Shown: piece after piece, positions 1 to 17,937 of the stretch
Numbering within the stretch: position 1 is the first letter of the stretch
How the letters are laid out: every line of letters starts with the position of its first letter
Assembly (NCBI RefSeq): GCF_008831285.2
Contig: NC_045138.2
Span: 11,780,001-11,844,000, forward strand
Reading direction: 5' to 3'
DNA: 64,000 nt
DNA from: Nymphaea colorata
Lineage: Eukaryota
The notes under the pieces: generated by a model
What the model saw: only the letters and a program-made list of their open reading frames with translations
What the model was told of the DNA's origin: nothing
Database searches by the model: none
Program-made: the position numbers and the translations under genes

Positions 1-617
1 GATCGGGAGGACCATCGACCGACAATTGGACCAGATCCTTTGGCACAAAAATCAACTACCGTGGCGAACTGAAGCGATACTTGGTCAGGTGGGTAGACGA
101 AGACCAGCCAACAATGGAGTATGACTTCCATTTGAAGCGAAGTCATCCAGAAGATGTCAGGTTCTACCATGAAGCTGCTAACGCCGAGGACGGTGCTTGT
201 TTTGAATGGGGGAGCCTGTTCCCCTGCGTCTAGAGTTTGTACAGTCTTTTGTTTTTGCTGTATTTGTTTTGCTTACGTTGAGTCTTGGTGTAAGCTTGTA
301 TGTTCACCTGTGTCGGAGCACCCTCCTAAAACGGCCCCAAGTGTAATATTGAGATTCATTGTTTTGGATGGTCGGCATGAGAATTCTGTAAGCGGCTTCG
401 GCCTCCTATGTAAGTAAAGTTAAAAGCTTACTTGCTTCCCTCGTGATGTACTCATCTTGTTAAAGTGAATATATTGCGAGTTTTCTTTCTACACTCTTGT
501 GTACTTTGTTTTTGAAAAGGCGTTCAAGTGATCTGCGCCCACTTGAACGAGGCGAAGGCTTGCGGCTTACTGGCGAGATTGCCACGCCGCGCGGTCCGAA
601 GGAGTCGGCCCGTGACA
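1..617 (+). mobile_element. 3' end of a Ty3/gypsy chromovirus-like LTR retrotransposon (chromodomain remnant, PPT, 3' LTR ~217-617)
   Basis: Frameshifted chromodomain-like text LDQILWHK / KRYLVRWVDEDQPTMEYDFHLKRSHP...EDGACFEWGS; purine tract GAATGGGGGAG, then TGTT at 217 and CCCGTGACA ending at 617. Confidence 0.7.
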
Positions 618-1400
618 AACAGATCCTACTGGAGAAAATTTTAAAGGAGCAGAAATCTAAATTCTAGCATAGCCATACCTGGCACGCACCCTTGTGAACG
701 AGTATGCTTCCAGAAAAAAATCCATTGACCTGTTTTGTAATCCCAACAAACACCTTGAAATTCCACATGTGAATCGGCAACTCTGGTAACCTGATCCATA
801 GTGGAACGTGGGCAGCTTCCTCAATCTTGAATAGCATGCATGGTTCCCATTTACTGGAAACCAAAAGTTTACCCAAACCTTCTATTTCCCTGGTCGAAGA
901 ATAGTCTCCAAATCAATCCGCGATGACACCCTGATCAGGAATGTCCCCTTCTCCAAAATTATAAACCTGATTGACTTCATAAATCCCTATGGTTGCCACA
1001 ATTCATTGAAAATATCTGCAAACTCGATCTACACACTTGGTAATCCTGCAATTGTTGACCATTGAAAGGACCGCAACATCAGTGCATGAGCCAGGGATCG
1101 TCTGTCATTAACCTCATAAATCTTCCAAATCAGGAAGCTCCAAATCTTCCTCCTATCCCTTGTTGTCAGTTTCACCTGCGCTTTCCACAATAGCTGCCCA
1201 ACAACGGTGTCTTGGTGGAAACCATTAATCCCTCTCTTTACAACATCGCTTCTCTCCCCTTTCTTATGATCCGATGCCAAAAAACCACGAAGTTCGCTAG
1301 GGTTTGGCGATGCCCTAGAGGGATGCCCAATGCCTCACAAGGGTTTCGACAAGGGATGTCAGAGCCCTTTCCAGTGCCTTTCCACATCGCTCCAGTCACC
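618..1400 (-). mobile_element. L1-type LINE ORF1 (DUF4283-like) remnant, interrupted by the LTR element
   Basis: Minus-strand VPLWIRLPELPIHMWNFKVFVGI plus upstream LEKGTFLIR / GKLLVSSKWEP segments, typical of plant LINE ORF1; frameshifted. Confidence 0.75.
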
Positions 1401-2798
1401 GTTCAATGTTAACTGTATATTCAACGTTACAATCATACTCCTAAAATTTCTTAAAATTGATTGTACATCTCCTTCACACACACATACACACATTTAAACT
1501 AAAAAAAAAAGCAAGTTTTGAAATATACTGATTGCATATGTATAAATTTCAAACAAAGCTTTGTCTTTTTTTCCAAATAATTTTCTTTGTTGATCACAAT
1601 GAGTTGCTCCATTACATTTAAGTGTTTTTCAACTACGTAGGTTTTCTACAATGGCGAAGCAAACTCCAACTTACAAAGCTAAATAACATGCTACGGAGTT
1701 GGATTTTAGAGTAGGATTAGCAAAAAAAATTGTTTTCTAAACAGAGAAACAAGTTGACCCAGCAGCAAGCATTATTAGGCAGCACCCTTCAAATAGAGAA
1801 GGCCTGGAAACAGCTCCTCAGCTTGTTGAGAAACAGACAGAGGCTGCCGCTCCAACCCCCTTTTCTTGTTGGGTGTCTTCCCAACCAATCCTTTTTTTCT
1901 GAATTAGGAATTTGCTCCACACGAAGAAACTCAAGAGAGGGGCTGCAATAGACCCCGCACCCTGCTGTCAAAAGGGAGAGAGGGAGACTACTGAATGTAA
2001 ATATGTCACTGACTGTATTTTCATTCATTTCCCTCACAAACTTCCCTTTTCTGGGCGGATTGACAATACACATCATTTTCCTTTTCTTTGTCTCTCTCCT
2101 TTCATTTATTTCTTATCCAAACTCAGCTTTTGTCTAATCTTTTCTTTCCACTCCTATATAACTTGACACCCCAAACACAGGTTTGTCCATTCTTTCCCTT
2201 CATTTTCCCTCTCTTTTCCTCCATCCAAACATAGGATTAAGAGATTAAACCATGAGGTTTGATCGGTGGTCCCCCAACATTCTAAGGCTAAATTACATTC
2301 AGGTCAATAGATTAGAATCTATAACATACAACATCAAATCTAAAGACTAAAGAGCCCGTGCTCCAGCTTAAACTAGCAAGATGTCACCTTTCTCCACCGT
2401 CATCACTCCCGCACCAAGTCTCACATTACCAACATTATGACACTGGGTCATAAGAAACCAATAGTTTCATTAAGACAATTCTTCAATACAATCTCTACAC
2501 AGCAGACATAATTTAATACCCACCATAACTGTTTGAAAGAATCAACTTCAAGAGTTGACCACAGGAAACACGTGAACAAGCAAAATGATAGAGAAGATCA
2601 TTAGCCAATAGAATAATATTAGACTTGCTCAGAACCTGGTTGAAAGTAGTATGGCTACAAAAGAACCATAGCAATTTACCTCCTGCTATGGAGTTGCAAG
2701 GCAATTTAAGCAGTTAAGACTTGAAGAGTTACAAAACCATGAAATGGCAATTGCTTGCGGAAATTATTTCAGTAACATACTTTGAGCACCAAAATAAA

Positions 2799-7880
<5,082 letters not shown>

Positions 7881-8731
7881 GGTAGCAGCCACTCAGAAAC
7901 AACAGAGAGAGGGAGAAAGAGAAGAGGACGTCACGTCGGCTACATATCAAAGAGAACGGGGCGCATCTGGGAATTATTTAGACGTATTTTTGAACATTTG
8001 AAGATTCCCCTCGTCACCCATCAAGCATCCTCTTCTTCCCACATGCAAATCTTACAGTGTTGTCACAATCAAAGTCACATCAATTTCTTTCACCCGGTTG
8101 AAAATGAACTTTGGAAACTGCAGTTATTACGACTAGATTTTGAGATGAGGTGGTTTGGTATTACTGGAGAAACTGAGTTCCAAGTGGATACATTTTCCAA
8201 ATTAAGTCATCAATTCAATTCCAATCAATAAGGTTGTGGGAAATTGAATAGGTAGCAGTGGATCTTACTTAGGATCAACACAGCAATCGATGAACTGAGC
8301 CTCAGCCCACCTGCTGCTGCAGCTGGAAGTCCTCCCACTGGAAGATGTAGAAATAAACACACTGAGATGTTGTTGTGGATTTTAATGAACTGAACAAAAT
8401 GCATCAGTAGTAGAACTATGATAAAGTTAAGTGTAAAATGAGTAGACATTTTGGGTTAAATGTCGATAAGTGTAAAATCCTCCAAGGCATGATCGTACAA
8501 GAGCGGCGCTTTTGTTGTCAATCGCTCTTAACCCTAAAAAATCCACTCTTGCACTTTAGGTGCGTTTAAATCCTTCAGATGAAAAAGTAACAAAGGCCAG
8601 GTTGAGCCAGAAAATTCTCGATAAAGGGCACACTGATTATAAAAACCTTTAATTTTTAAAGAGCCCCCATCATATAAATAAAGTAAATTTTCGTGGAATA
8701 TAATATGAGAATATAATTTTGACATTGTACT

Positions 8732-8999
8732 TAGACTTGGCAACGGGCCGGGTACCGCGGTCGGGTTGGGGCTGGGCCCAGGCTTGATGTGTGGCCCGGG
8801 TCGGCTCGGCTCAACAAGTTTATAAATTAAAAAATAATTTTTTAAATTTTTTAAAATTTAATAATATATATTTTATTAGTAAAAATATATTTTATATTAC
8901 TAAAAATTTATTTTATAATTAAAAAATATTTTTTATTATCAAACGGACCGGGCCGGGTTTCGAGCTTGACGGGCCGGCCCGACCCGTTGCCCAGGTCTA
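8732..8999. mobile_element. hAT-type MITE upstream of PURA
   Basis: TIRs TAGACTTGGCAACGGG / CCCGTTGCCCAGGTCTA, GC-rich GGGCC subterminals, AT-rich core, 8-bp TSD ATTGTACT/ATTGTGCC (6/8). Confidence 0.75.
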
Positions 9000-9245
9000 A
9001 TTGTGCCCATGGCTACCTTTGGCCCCTGGTCGAGGAGGAGATGAGGAGAATAGACATATAACGCTTTGAACATAGTTGATCGGGTTTAGTGGGTGCGCCC
9101 TTGTAGTTGTTGATTAGTTTGCATTTATGCACTTGTACATACACGACTTTCAATCCATTTCTCTCATAGGCACCATACAACCAGCATGAAGGAATACATG
9201 ATAAGGTTTTTGTATATGTGATAGAAGTAACTTGCTAGCTCTATG

Positions 9246-9430
9246 AGAGGTGGAGTAGGAAAATTTTCATGAAGGGAGTAGAGTTAAAGTTTCTAAATTT
9301 TGATAGAGGCTGAAATATCATTTTTCAAAACTTTTATATAGAACAACTAAAATTTATATGTAAATTTTTTAATTTTTTTTAGGGGGAAAGGGCTCCTGTG
9401 GGCTCCCCTTTGGCTCCCCCTAGCTCTATG
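9246..9430. mobile_element. Degenerate MITE (GGGGCGGAG-terminal type)
   Basis: AGAGGTGGAGTAGG at the left end and GGCTCCCCCTAGCTC at the right end around an AT-rich core. Confidence 0.4.
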
Positions 9431-12400
9431 TATGTAGAGGAGCTCATCAACAACTTTGAAGCTTGTCAACTCTCTGCAAAATTTTGGAAGGCTACGATGA
9501 ACAACTACTCCCTCAACTCCTTGAACCCCCATTATTCTTTCCTCGGATGAATTTGGATGTTGGACTTAATGCGAGCGTATCTTATCCCATGTTTTTTGTT
9601 CTATATTTGCATATAATGCTAATGGAAAACAACCCTATTGAGGAATCCATATTAATGAAATGTGCACTATGCCATGCATGGTCATTAACAAGCATAATGT
9701 TTCCAGCGAACTTATCAAATGCATCATGGCAAACCAATAACAAATATAAAAAGCGGCGAGTATATATCGCTCTCGTATTCAATAGATTGGTGATCAAATC
9801 TTACTAGTATTTATCTTCATCTCTATTAGGGATCATCATGAACATTGGTTTGTCAATATAACATGCATCACTATTAGCCATTTATGCACTATTGAACTCA
9901 GTTAGCCAATTGCATAGCCCAATATCAACGGTAGATATCTAATAAATCATTTTCATTAACTTGTATTCATTAAATCATTAAAAAAATCACTCATGTTTAT
10001 TCTCATCCTGCATGATGTGAACTGCAATAAGAAGCCAGGTCTAGCACTCATCCGCAGCAGCACCAAGGGAGAAGATAGCTTCAATACATCATATTCAATT
10101 CAGCAATCGAATAGTTCAGACCAGTTAACAAAACTATATCCAACCTTGTTGTAAACACCACAAATTTTCACACTTTTTCATATTCTCATTTTACCCTATT
10201 TGGGCTATTTCTCCTCCCATTTTGAAACTGATTTTGAAGATATTTCAAGGTATGTTGGCTCTTTACCTATGAATTGCTATAACCCACTATATGTTAGCTT
10301 ATGCAGGATTCAATCACCTAGAACCCAGTGAAGCCATAGCCCTCTAGTGTACTGCCCTTACCTTTTTACGATTTTGCTCCTCACCAATAGGAGACCTTGG
10401 AAACCCTGAGAATTGTTCAAGCTAAGCTCAATTAGGATGATTCCTAGCTTAACTTACCCTTATGATGTGTTGAAGTCGGCATACCCCTTGCCAAGCTCAC
10501 CCTTGTGCACTCTAACTCAAATTAGCTCACGAGAGCCCTCTAGGAACTAGCTCTTGTCATTTTTATCTCAACCTGGAATCCTCTAACCAAGCTTAGGATA
10601 AGTTTACCTCAATGAGTTTAACTTAACTCTAGTTTGCCCTAGGCTGTAGTGCTCAATTTTCAGTTTTTGGTTTGTCTAATTCCAATTGATCACTCCCTCT
10701 CCCATTTGGCAGGATTTGAGCTTAATTTAGGCTCAACTATGTGGACTCCACTTAAGCCAAGCTAGGACCAAGCTCATCGAATCTATAACTACCTTACTCT
10801 AACTTAGTTTTAGTTCAATCATTCATTCAATTTCAGTTTACGTTCACTAAGGCTTATCCAGTTCAGATACTTAACTGGACACTTACCTCATAATCTATCT
10901 GAGACCATTTCTAGTTGGATCAAATATGAATTTTCTTATTTCTTGGGTGATTCCTAATCAGATACAATTGATTTAAGCATTCCCAGGTCCATTGGAGGTA
11001 ACACATAATTATAATCATGTTTCCCCATGTTGCCCTCCATTTCCCCTTGTTGTTCATCCTACAAGCACTTGTGATTTTAGAAAAAACTTGACTTTTGGAC
11101 AAATCTCTTGGAATTTTCTCATGAACTGGTGATATTAGGAGCATGCCCACGATATGGTAGAGCCCGATTGGCCAAAAATGCCCAAAATCTACGTTTTTAT
11201 GCTACAGCCAAAATTGTCATTTGCTAGAAAAAAGCCTAGACTGTCAGTGTATTCTCATTTTCCCTAGGTTGCACGCATTACAAACCTAAGTCCATGAGTC
11301 ATGTAGGTCTAACGTGTTGTTCATAGGCTCATGGAGGCCCACAAATTTCACCCATTATGGCTTACACCATTCACCTTTCTCTCTTCTTCCTCCCAGCGTG
11401 GAGCTTCACGGCAACTACACTTCGTCTCTCTTTAGCTGTGCAGAAGGAAGGTCCACTAGCAACGACCAGAACCCAGAAGTAGCATCGTAGGACAAGTCAC
11501 CGCTTGGCATTCCCTGCCATCTCTCTCTCTTTCTCTCGCTCACTTGGGCTACGGTGCTGGTGTCCTATATCTATTCTACTCATGCAAAGGAGCTCCTTCC
11601 CTTGTTAGGTACATCATTATTCTGGTGACAATATTCTTTTTTCTTCTCCCATTAAGGCATTGTCTTTTCCAGCACGTGACGATGACCTCTTCACCTCACA
11701 CCGCGGCAGATAACAACAAAAGATTTTCCAATCGACATCTCTCGCCCTTTCCTTCTCTCTCTTTCTATCATCCCTTCTCCGCTCTTATGGGTTTGCTTTG
11801 CTTGTCTTGATAACAGAATTGTGCAAAGCAAACTACTCTGCCCTTTCTTTGTTGTATGACTTACCATCGACTTCTTTTGTTATATCCTGACGTTCTATAC
11901 ACGGTTGCAAGTAGAGCTCGCTCCCAAAGAGCAGCCATTTAGGTAATCAATTCTAGGTTTTTTGAGTTCTAATCCCTCCCCTTCTCTCTCCCCTTCCCTT
12001 CTCTACCTTTCTCACCCTTGCACAAAAGAATAAAAGAAAGGGAGAACATTACCGACAGTGAAACCCACAAGCTGGTTTTTAATAAAAAAAATTAGTGTTT
12101 ATTGTTGTGTTTGATTTCGTTTCTTTGTTGGTGTAGACTCCAGTCCTTCTGTTATTCATTGACTTAGGCACATGTTTCTTATATGAGAATGTCGGATGAT
12201 GCTAATCTCAAATGGGTCTATTCTTACAGGCAAATATAAGAAAGCAATAGTTCCAAGCACCTTGCTAGTGCTATTTTCTGTTGAATATGTTAAAATCGAC
12301 TGCATCACTAGGCTAGTGCAATTCCTTGTGCACCTTGTTCAATATGTTCAGGGTTTCTTGATTTCGTTAGACGGTGGCTCAGAGTTTCAAGCTTTTGTTG

Positions 12401-12980
12401 GCACCGAGTTACTGCTTCAGTTCAGCAGCAAAGACTTCTTAAGTTGCAACATAAGAAGTGTGTTTTTCTTGGTAGCAAAAAGTATACTTTTAAGCATGCT
12501 TAGTCATGATTCGATTCTATTCACTGCTTTGTTATGTTATTGTTGTGCTTAGTCAAACATATTGAGCATTTGTTCTTATGGTTAGATTGGGTGCAAAAGT
12601 CATACACAAAAAAAAAAAATCCTAGTGTTCATACTTTTTATTATCCCTTTGGTGGTTGAATAGTTGCACTCCTTGTACAATCGACAAATATGAAACTAAT
12701 CATTCTATTGTACGCTAAGCTCAAATGCGAACCAAGGATGGATTTTTTTTTTTTTTTTACTGAATTTAGTAGATACCTAAGTCCAATAGACCAACATATG
12801 ATTACATGTAAAAATTATAATGCATTTTTATATTTTGTATATCAAAACTTGATCCAAGTTTGAGCTTGATTAAGCAACATTCCATTAGTTGAAAATGGAA
12901 GTAGCTATACTAAATCTAAATGTTATTCATTTGAATCTCTCTCCAGTAAAATCATCAATATGATAGTTTTGAACTCAACT

Positions 12981-13320
12981 AAGGATGTCAATAGATCAGA
13001 TTTGAATCAGATGCACCTTTTTACCATATTCATTTTTTCAAATATTCATATATTCAGATTCAGACTTGGATTTGATTGTCGAAAAAAAAAGGCTATACCA
13101 TATATGAATCTATCTTTTAAGTCTACATTCGAATCTAATCCAAATCTGACTTTTAAGTTATATTTGAATCCAAACTTTAAGTTATTTCTGAACCCAATCT
13201 GAATCTAACTTTTGAGTCATATCCGAATCCGATTGGAATATGATTTTTAAGCTATATGCAAATTTGATCCAAATCTGACTTTTAAATTCTATTTGAATTT
13301 AACCCCAAATCTAATTTTAT
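12981..13320. mobile_element. Degenerate DNA-transposon end with tandem GAATCCAAATCTGACTTTTAAG-like subrepeats
   Basis: Several imperfect ~30-35-bp subrepeats at 13100-13310. Confidence 0.4.
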
Positions 13321-13918
13321 TAACTAGTTAATTTTGAAATATATGTATCTACATTCATACTTTGAATCTTAGTCAAATTTAATAAAGTATGTCAAATACA
13401 AATTCTTTTAAATATGTATCAATATTGAAGTAACACAGTAAATAAAGAAGGAATATATTCAAGTTTCCTACAAATTGTATTTTCACATCATAGTTAAGGA
13501 ACTAACATATCCAATGAAGGCAAGTGCAACTACATGCTCAAATCATAAGTACCAAGCCATTTAGGTTGGATCTTGGTGTTATATTCCATTGAAGATGGTA
13601 ATAATTACCAAGGGAAAATTATCATACATTTTTACCAGTTTCTTGAACAAAATTGTGTGTAAGATGCTTCATGTCTAGGCTGAATCAACTCCAAAGGTAT
13701 GTATAGGACAATAAAACATTACCATCACTTGAGAGAGAATGAACAGTCAAATGTCTCAAACTAAAGCTTGCAAGGATTACAAATTTTAAGTAATAACAAT
13801 CATAACAAGGTAATATATACAAAAATATACAATAAGCACCAACAAACGATACAAACTCATGCATAACCTCACACTAGCCCAAATTTGACTGGTGGTATTT
13901 GTCAAGCTTATTTATTTT

Positions 13919-13922
<4 letters not shown>

Positions 13923-13966
<44 letters not shown>
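13923..13966. repeat. (GA)22 microsatellite
   Basis: Direct reading. Confidence 0.95.
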
Positions 13967-13968
<2 letters not shown>

Positions 13969-14968
13969 AAAAATAAAAAACTATGCACATCATCAAACTT
14001 CATTCTTTAAAGCATTCAAACTTTAATTTTCAAAATTGTACTTGTCTATTGTTCTTTAATGCAACAAGAGACTAACGAGTCACTACTTGCCAAACTCAAC
14101 AAGAAAACATCTTCACCATATAATACCAGCTTGCTAGGATTGCCTTTCAATGCCTCGACTTGCCTAAGTGGGTATGTTCTTCGCATTTTAATATATACTT
14201 CAACTATGTTGACACTATATTTAGGATAATGCTATCAAATTAACTTGCATTATGCAAAAGAAAGTTTTCATTAAATAAAAATCTTAAACACAAATAACTA
14301 TAGGTTTTAATTAATATAAAAAACAGATAAGTACAAAAATAATATATACCTCTAATTTATAACTTAGTTTCAATGTATGCAGATGCAAATGATGCTTCTT
14401 CTTCAGGCAAATGTGTAGGAAAGTCAAAATCATCTAACAAAAGAACACAATGAGAAGTGGAAAAATATGCTTAAAAACCTTATAATAAATTAATTACTTT
14501 TAGTTTGATCAGGTTTTGTGAGTTGCTGGCTGGGACAAAGGTCTAAGCTTAATTTTGTAAGGAGATCCTAGTTTTCCTTTCATAGATTGAAGACATTTAG
14601 GGTTGTTTGAGTTTCAAGTTCAATTTTTTTTGGTATGGAGTTCACTAGGAAGTTGTAAATCTAAATTGAAGGAACAATAATTTCCTTAGGACCTAGTTAT
14701 TGTAAGCAAAGAACATTGTTAAATGGCCAAACCTTCATAAAAGGAACAACATAACAATTAGATTAGAATTCCATAAATTAGAAAAAAGCAATATCAAATT
14801 CCAACAAGATCACAATCTCCCACAGAGTGGTGCACGAAATTCTCTTGTTATCACATTCTTTTGCTTTCACTTTTCCTTTTTAGCCATCTTAGCTAATTTG
14901 ATAGAAGGTGGGCTTGCCAATCTTCTCCATTTATATGATGAAAAGGAAAAAACTTAATTTAAAGGCAC

Positions 14969-16420
14969 TGTTGAGGAATATTAGTTTAGGCATGTGAGTG
15001 GTTTATGGAATCTTAGGAAGTCAGTTTTATATTTTCTATTTAGTGTAGGCCCTCTTTAATGTTTCCTTATTTTTGTCTAGACTATTTTTTGTAAGTTTGA
15101 TATTTCTGCCTAATCCCTCTTTTGACGTGGGATTAGGGTTAGAATGGGATTACTTTTCTCTCTCTCAAAGTTGTTGTTGTTACATGGTATTAGAGACAAC
15201 ACTTTCCAACATCCAACGATCAACGTGATTCTTTCCTGCGAGATCTCTTTTTTTTCGGTGTCACCTCTCTCAATGTCTGATATTATCCCTTAAACATCTG
15301 ATTTTCTGGTCGACTGCTTAGAAATTAAAATCACTCCAGCCATGGTTGTGGTGGAGCCACATGCAAGTATGGATATATAATGTGTGATTAGCCTTCCCAA
15401 GTGGATCGTTGATAGTTTGTCGTGGTTGTGATGAGTTTTCAAATCTGTTTGCTCCAATAAATTGCCCTATAAATGTAGTGGGTTGAGTCTACTAGTTAAA
15501 TGTTGTCACAAATAGATCTATGATTTATATTTTGCTATGATCAGGATTATTTATTGTAGAACCTAAGTTTATTGTTCATGTATGGTGGCTATGGACTGTT
15601 TTGGGTCAGTGTGAAACGTCTTTTGTGCCTATGATTTGAATTTATAGCGAAATTTGCTGTTTAGGTGTACTGGTTGTCGACTGTTATGTGAGTGCAAAAT
15701 GTTTGTTGAGTCTATGATCTCAATTCATAGCAAATTCCTTGCTGAATATGTGTGGTTGCCTTAGGATTCATCTTCCCATATATATATTTGTGTTGTTGAT
15801 TTGGTGTTTGATATAGTTGATTTGGTGTTTGATATAGTTGAAGAGTTTGGTCTGATTATATGAGAAGTTATATATGTATGCTTGTGCAGCATTTTCTGAT
15901 CGTTGCGTTCACTAAATAAACATGGAAAAGGATACTATAGTTGACCCTCAGCGTGAATCCAAAGTGACTAGAAATCCCTTTTCTTATTAATCTATAGTCA
16001 AGTTGGATGGTTGTAGTTACGAGATTTGGTCTAGATCTTTCATGATGCTCATGACTGAAGAGGAGGAACCTCCAGTTAAAAATGGAAAGTATGTCACTTG
16101 GAAAGAGAACATTAGTATGGTTATGTCCTAGATAATAAACAATGTACAACCTCAGATTTCCCTGACTATAGCATACTATATTCAGCAAAAGAGATGTGGG
16201 AATTCCTATGACAAACATACTCACATGACAAAGATGTTAGTAAAATTCTTCAAGCCAAGAAAAGTTAAACTTTACTAGGGGGATCAATGTCTACCCTAGT
16301 ATTTTGCTACAGAAGGCAGCCTGAAAGGTTGAAATATCTTAGGTCTCCTTGCAAAACACGTTATAAGGCACATTTTGAGCAAACCATGTTTTCAAAGTTT
16401 TTATCAAGATTGTTTCTTGA
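14969..16420 (+). mobile_element. Ty1/copia remnant: LTR (~14969-15184), tRNA-Met PBS, degraded gag
   Basis: TGTTGAG...TTACA followed by TGGTATTAGAG at 15185; gag-like WKENISMVMS*IINNVQPQI...SAKEMWEFL*QTYS at ~16100-16230. Confidence 0.7.
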
Positions 16421-16599
16421 GTATGGAACAGTCACTTACCTAGTCTAGCCATAATCTATTTTGTTTTAATTTATATGCCTATTTTGACCCTCACCATGTC
16501 TTTTTATTACTCACCATGAGTAGGACATTTTTCTGAAGACATATTGTCCACTCTATTTTTAGAGGTGACTTGGACACTAGATCTATTGCCTATTGCTGC

Positions 16600-17750
16600 T
16601 AATGGACTCATGTCAGGCAAGTACCCTTAGTGAGCAGTTCATGGGCGTCTTACCCTGCCATTTGGACTACTGTGGTCTACAAACAATAGCTTTGTTAGCT
16701 ACGCAACCTTGTTCATACTTTAGTAGAGAGATGGAACCAATTCACATCCACTTTCTAACTCCCCTTTGGAGAGAGACACCTCTTATATATGAGTTCACCT
16801 ACATTTTGGGACTATTAGAGCCAACAAGACATCCTAGGTTCTCGTTGATGATCAGTTTGTGACCAATTTTAAAGCCTACAACTATAAGGGCTTGTTGTTC
16901 ATTCTTACAAGCATCGGGAGCTGGGACCTAAAGAACAAGAAAATCCATTCTTGCTTTTCTTTGTTAGCAGCAGATTCTTCTTCAATTGCAGCAGGAGTCT
17001 TCTTTCTTTCATTTACATCTGACACCGGGAGCTTCATCCAAAAAAAAAAAACAACAACAGTGCGACCCCGCTTCACCTGCCTAGTTGAATTTCATGCCTA
17101 TTTTGGAGGCTCTGTAGATGAGATGAGAGCTAAATCACCCAAGGAGTAGCACAAGACTCTGGAGGTGATGACCATTTGCACAGCAGGCTCACATTTTTCT
17201 CCAACGAGCACGACAACATGGACCTACGTGTCTTCTAGCTTTTCATGATGTTAGACAATATCCAGACCTAGCATCTCTCATCTATACAAAAGACACACAA
17301 TTTGTCATGAGGGATGTTGACATGATAAAGGATTGTCTTTGGTTTCCATATGAGTAGTCCACAAGTGACAATGTTCTCTTACTTCAATCATACAAGCAGA
17401 TGTTGGGTGACATTGTCGAGGAGCACATCATCTGAGATTATTTCTACGGGAAGGGGCAGCCTGCTCGATATATGTAAAATGACATGAGGACAAACATTCT
17501 TCTCTTAGGACCCTTCTTATTGGTCCCTTATCATCAAGAACGGCGTGTGGTGTTGTTATCAAAGAGGCAAATGGACTTCTATACCATTAGGAGATATTAT
17601 AGTATCATGGAAGATTTTGACCAACACAACGAAGCATGGCAACACACTTGTAGCCAGCTACCTCCAGTTGGTCATGTTAGGGACATGAAATCTATATATA
17701 TGGTAAATTTGCTAGACCTGGAGTGTACATAGAATGGTGAGCGGCTATCT
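16600..17750 (+). pseudogene. Degraded plant mobile domain (PMD)-like coding remnant associated with the gypsy element
   Basis: VERWNQFTSTF*LPFGE...YEFTYILGL at ~16720-16815 matches the PMD ERWxxxTxTFHLPxGE...LLGL motif; stops and frameshifts present. Confidence 0.55.
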
Positions 17751-17937
17751 ACATTCTTCCTTATTGTCATTGAGTCCATGTTTGTCATAAAAGCTTTTTT
17801 AGTTTAATGACATTTTGATTTCATCTCCAATTTTCCAATGAATGCACGATTTCTCCCTTTATTTTTTAAAACAATGTCATTTCTACTTTTTAAACTAACA
17901 TACCTCTTTTTGGTGAAATTTGTAGAAAGAATTTTTC

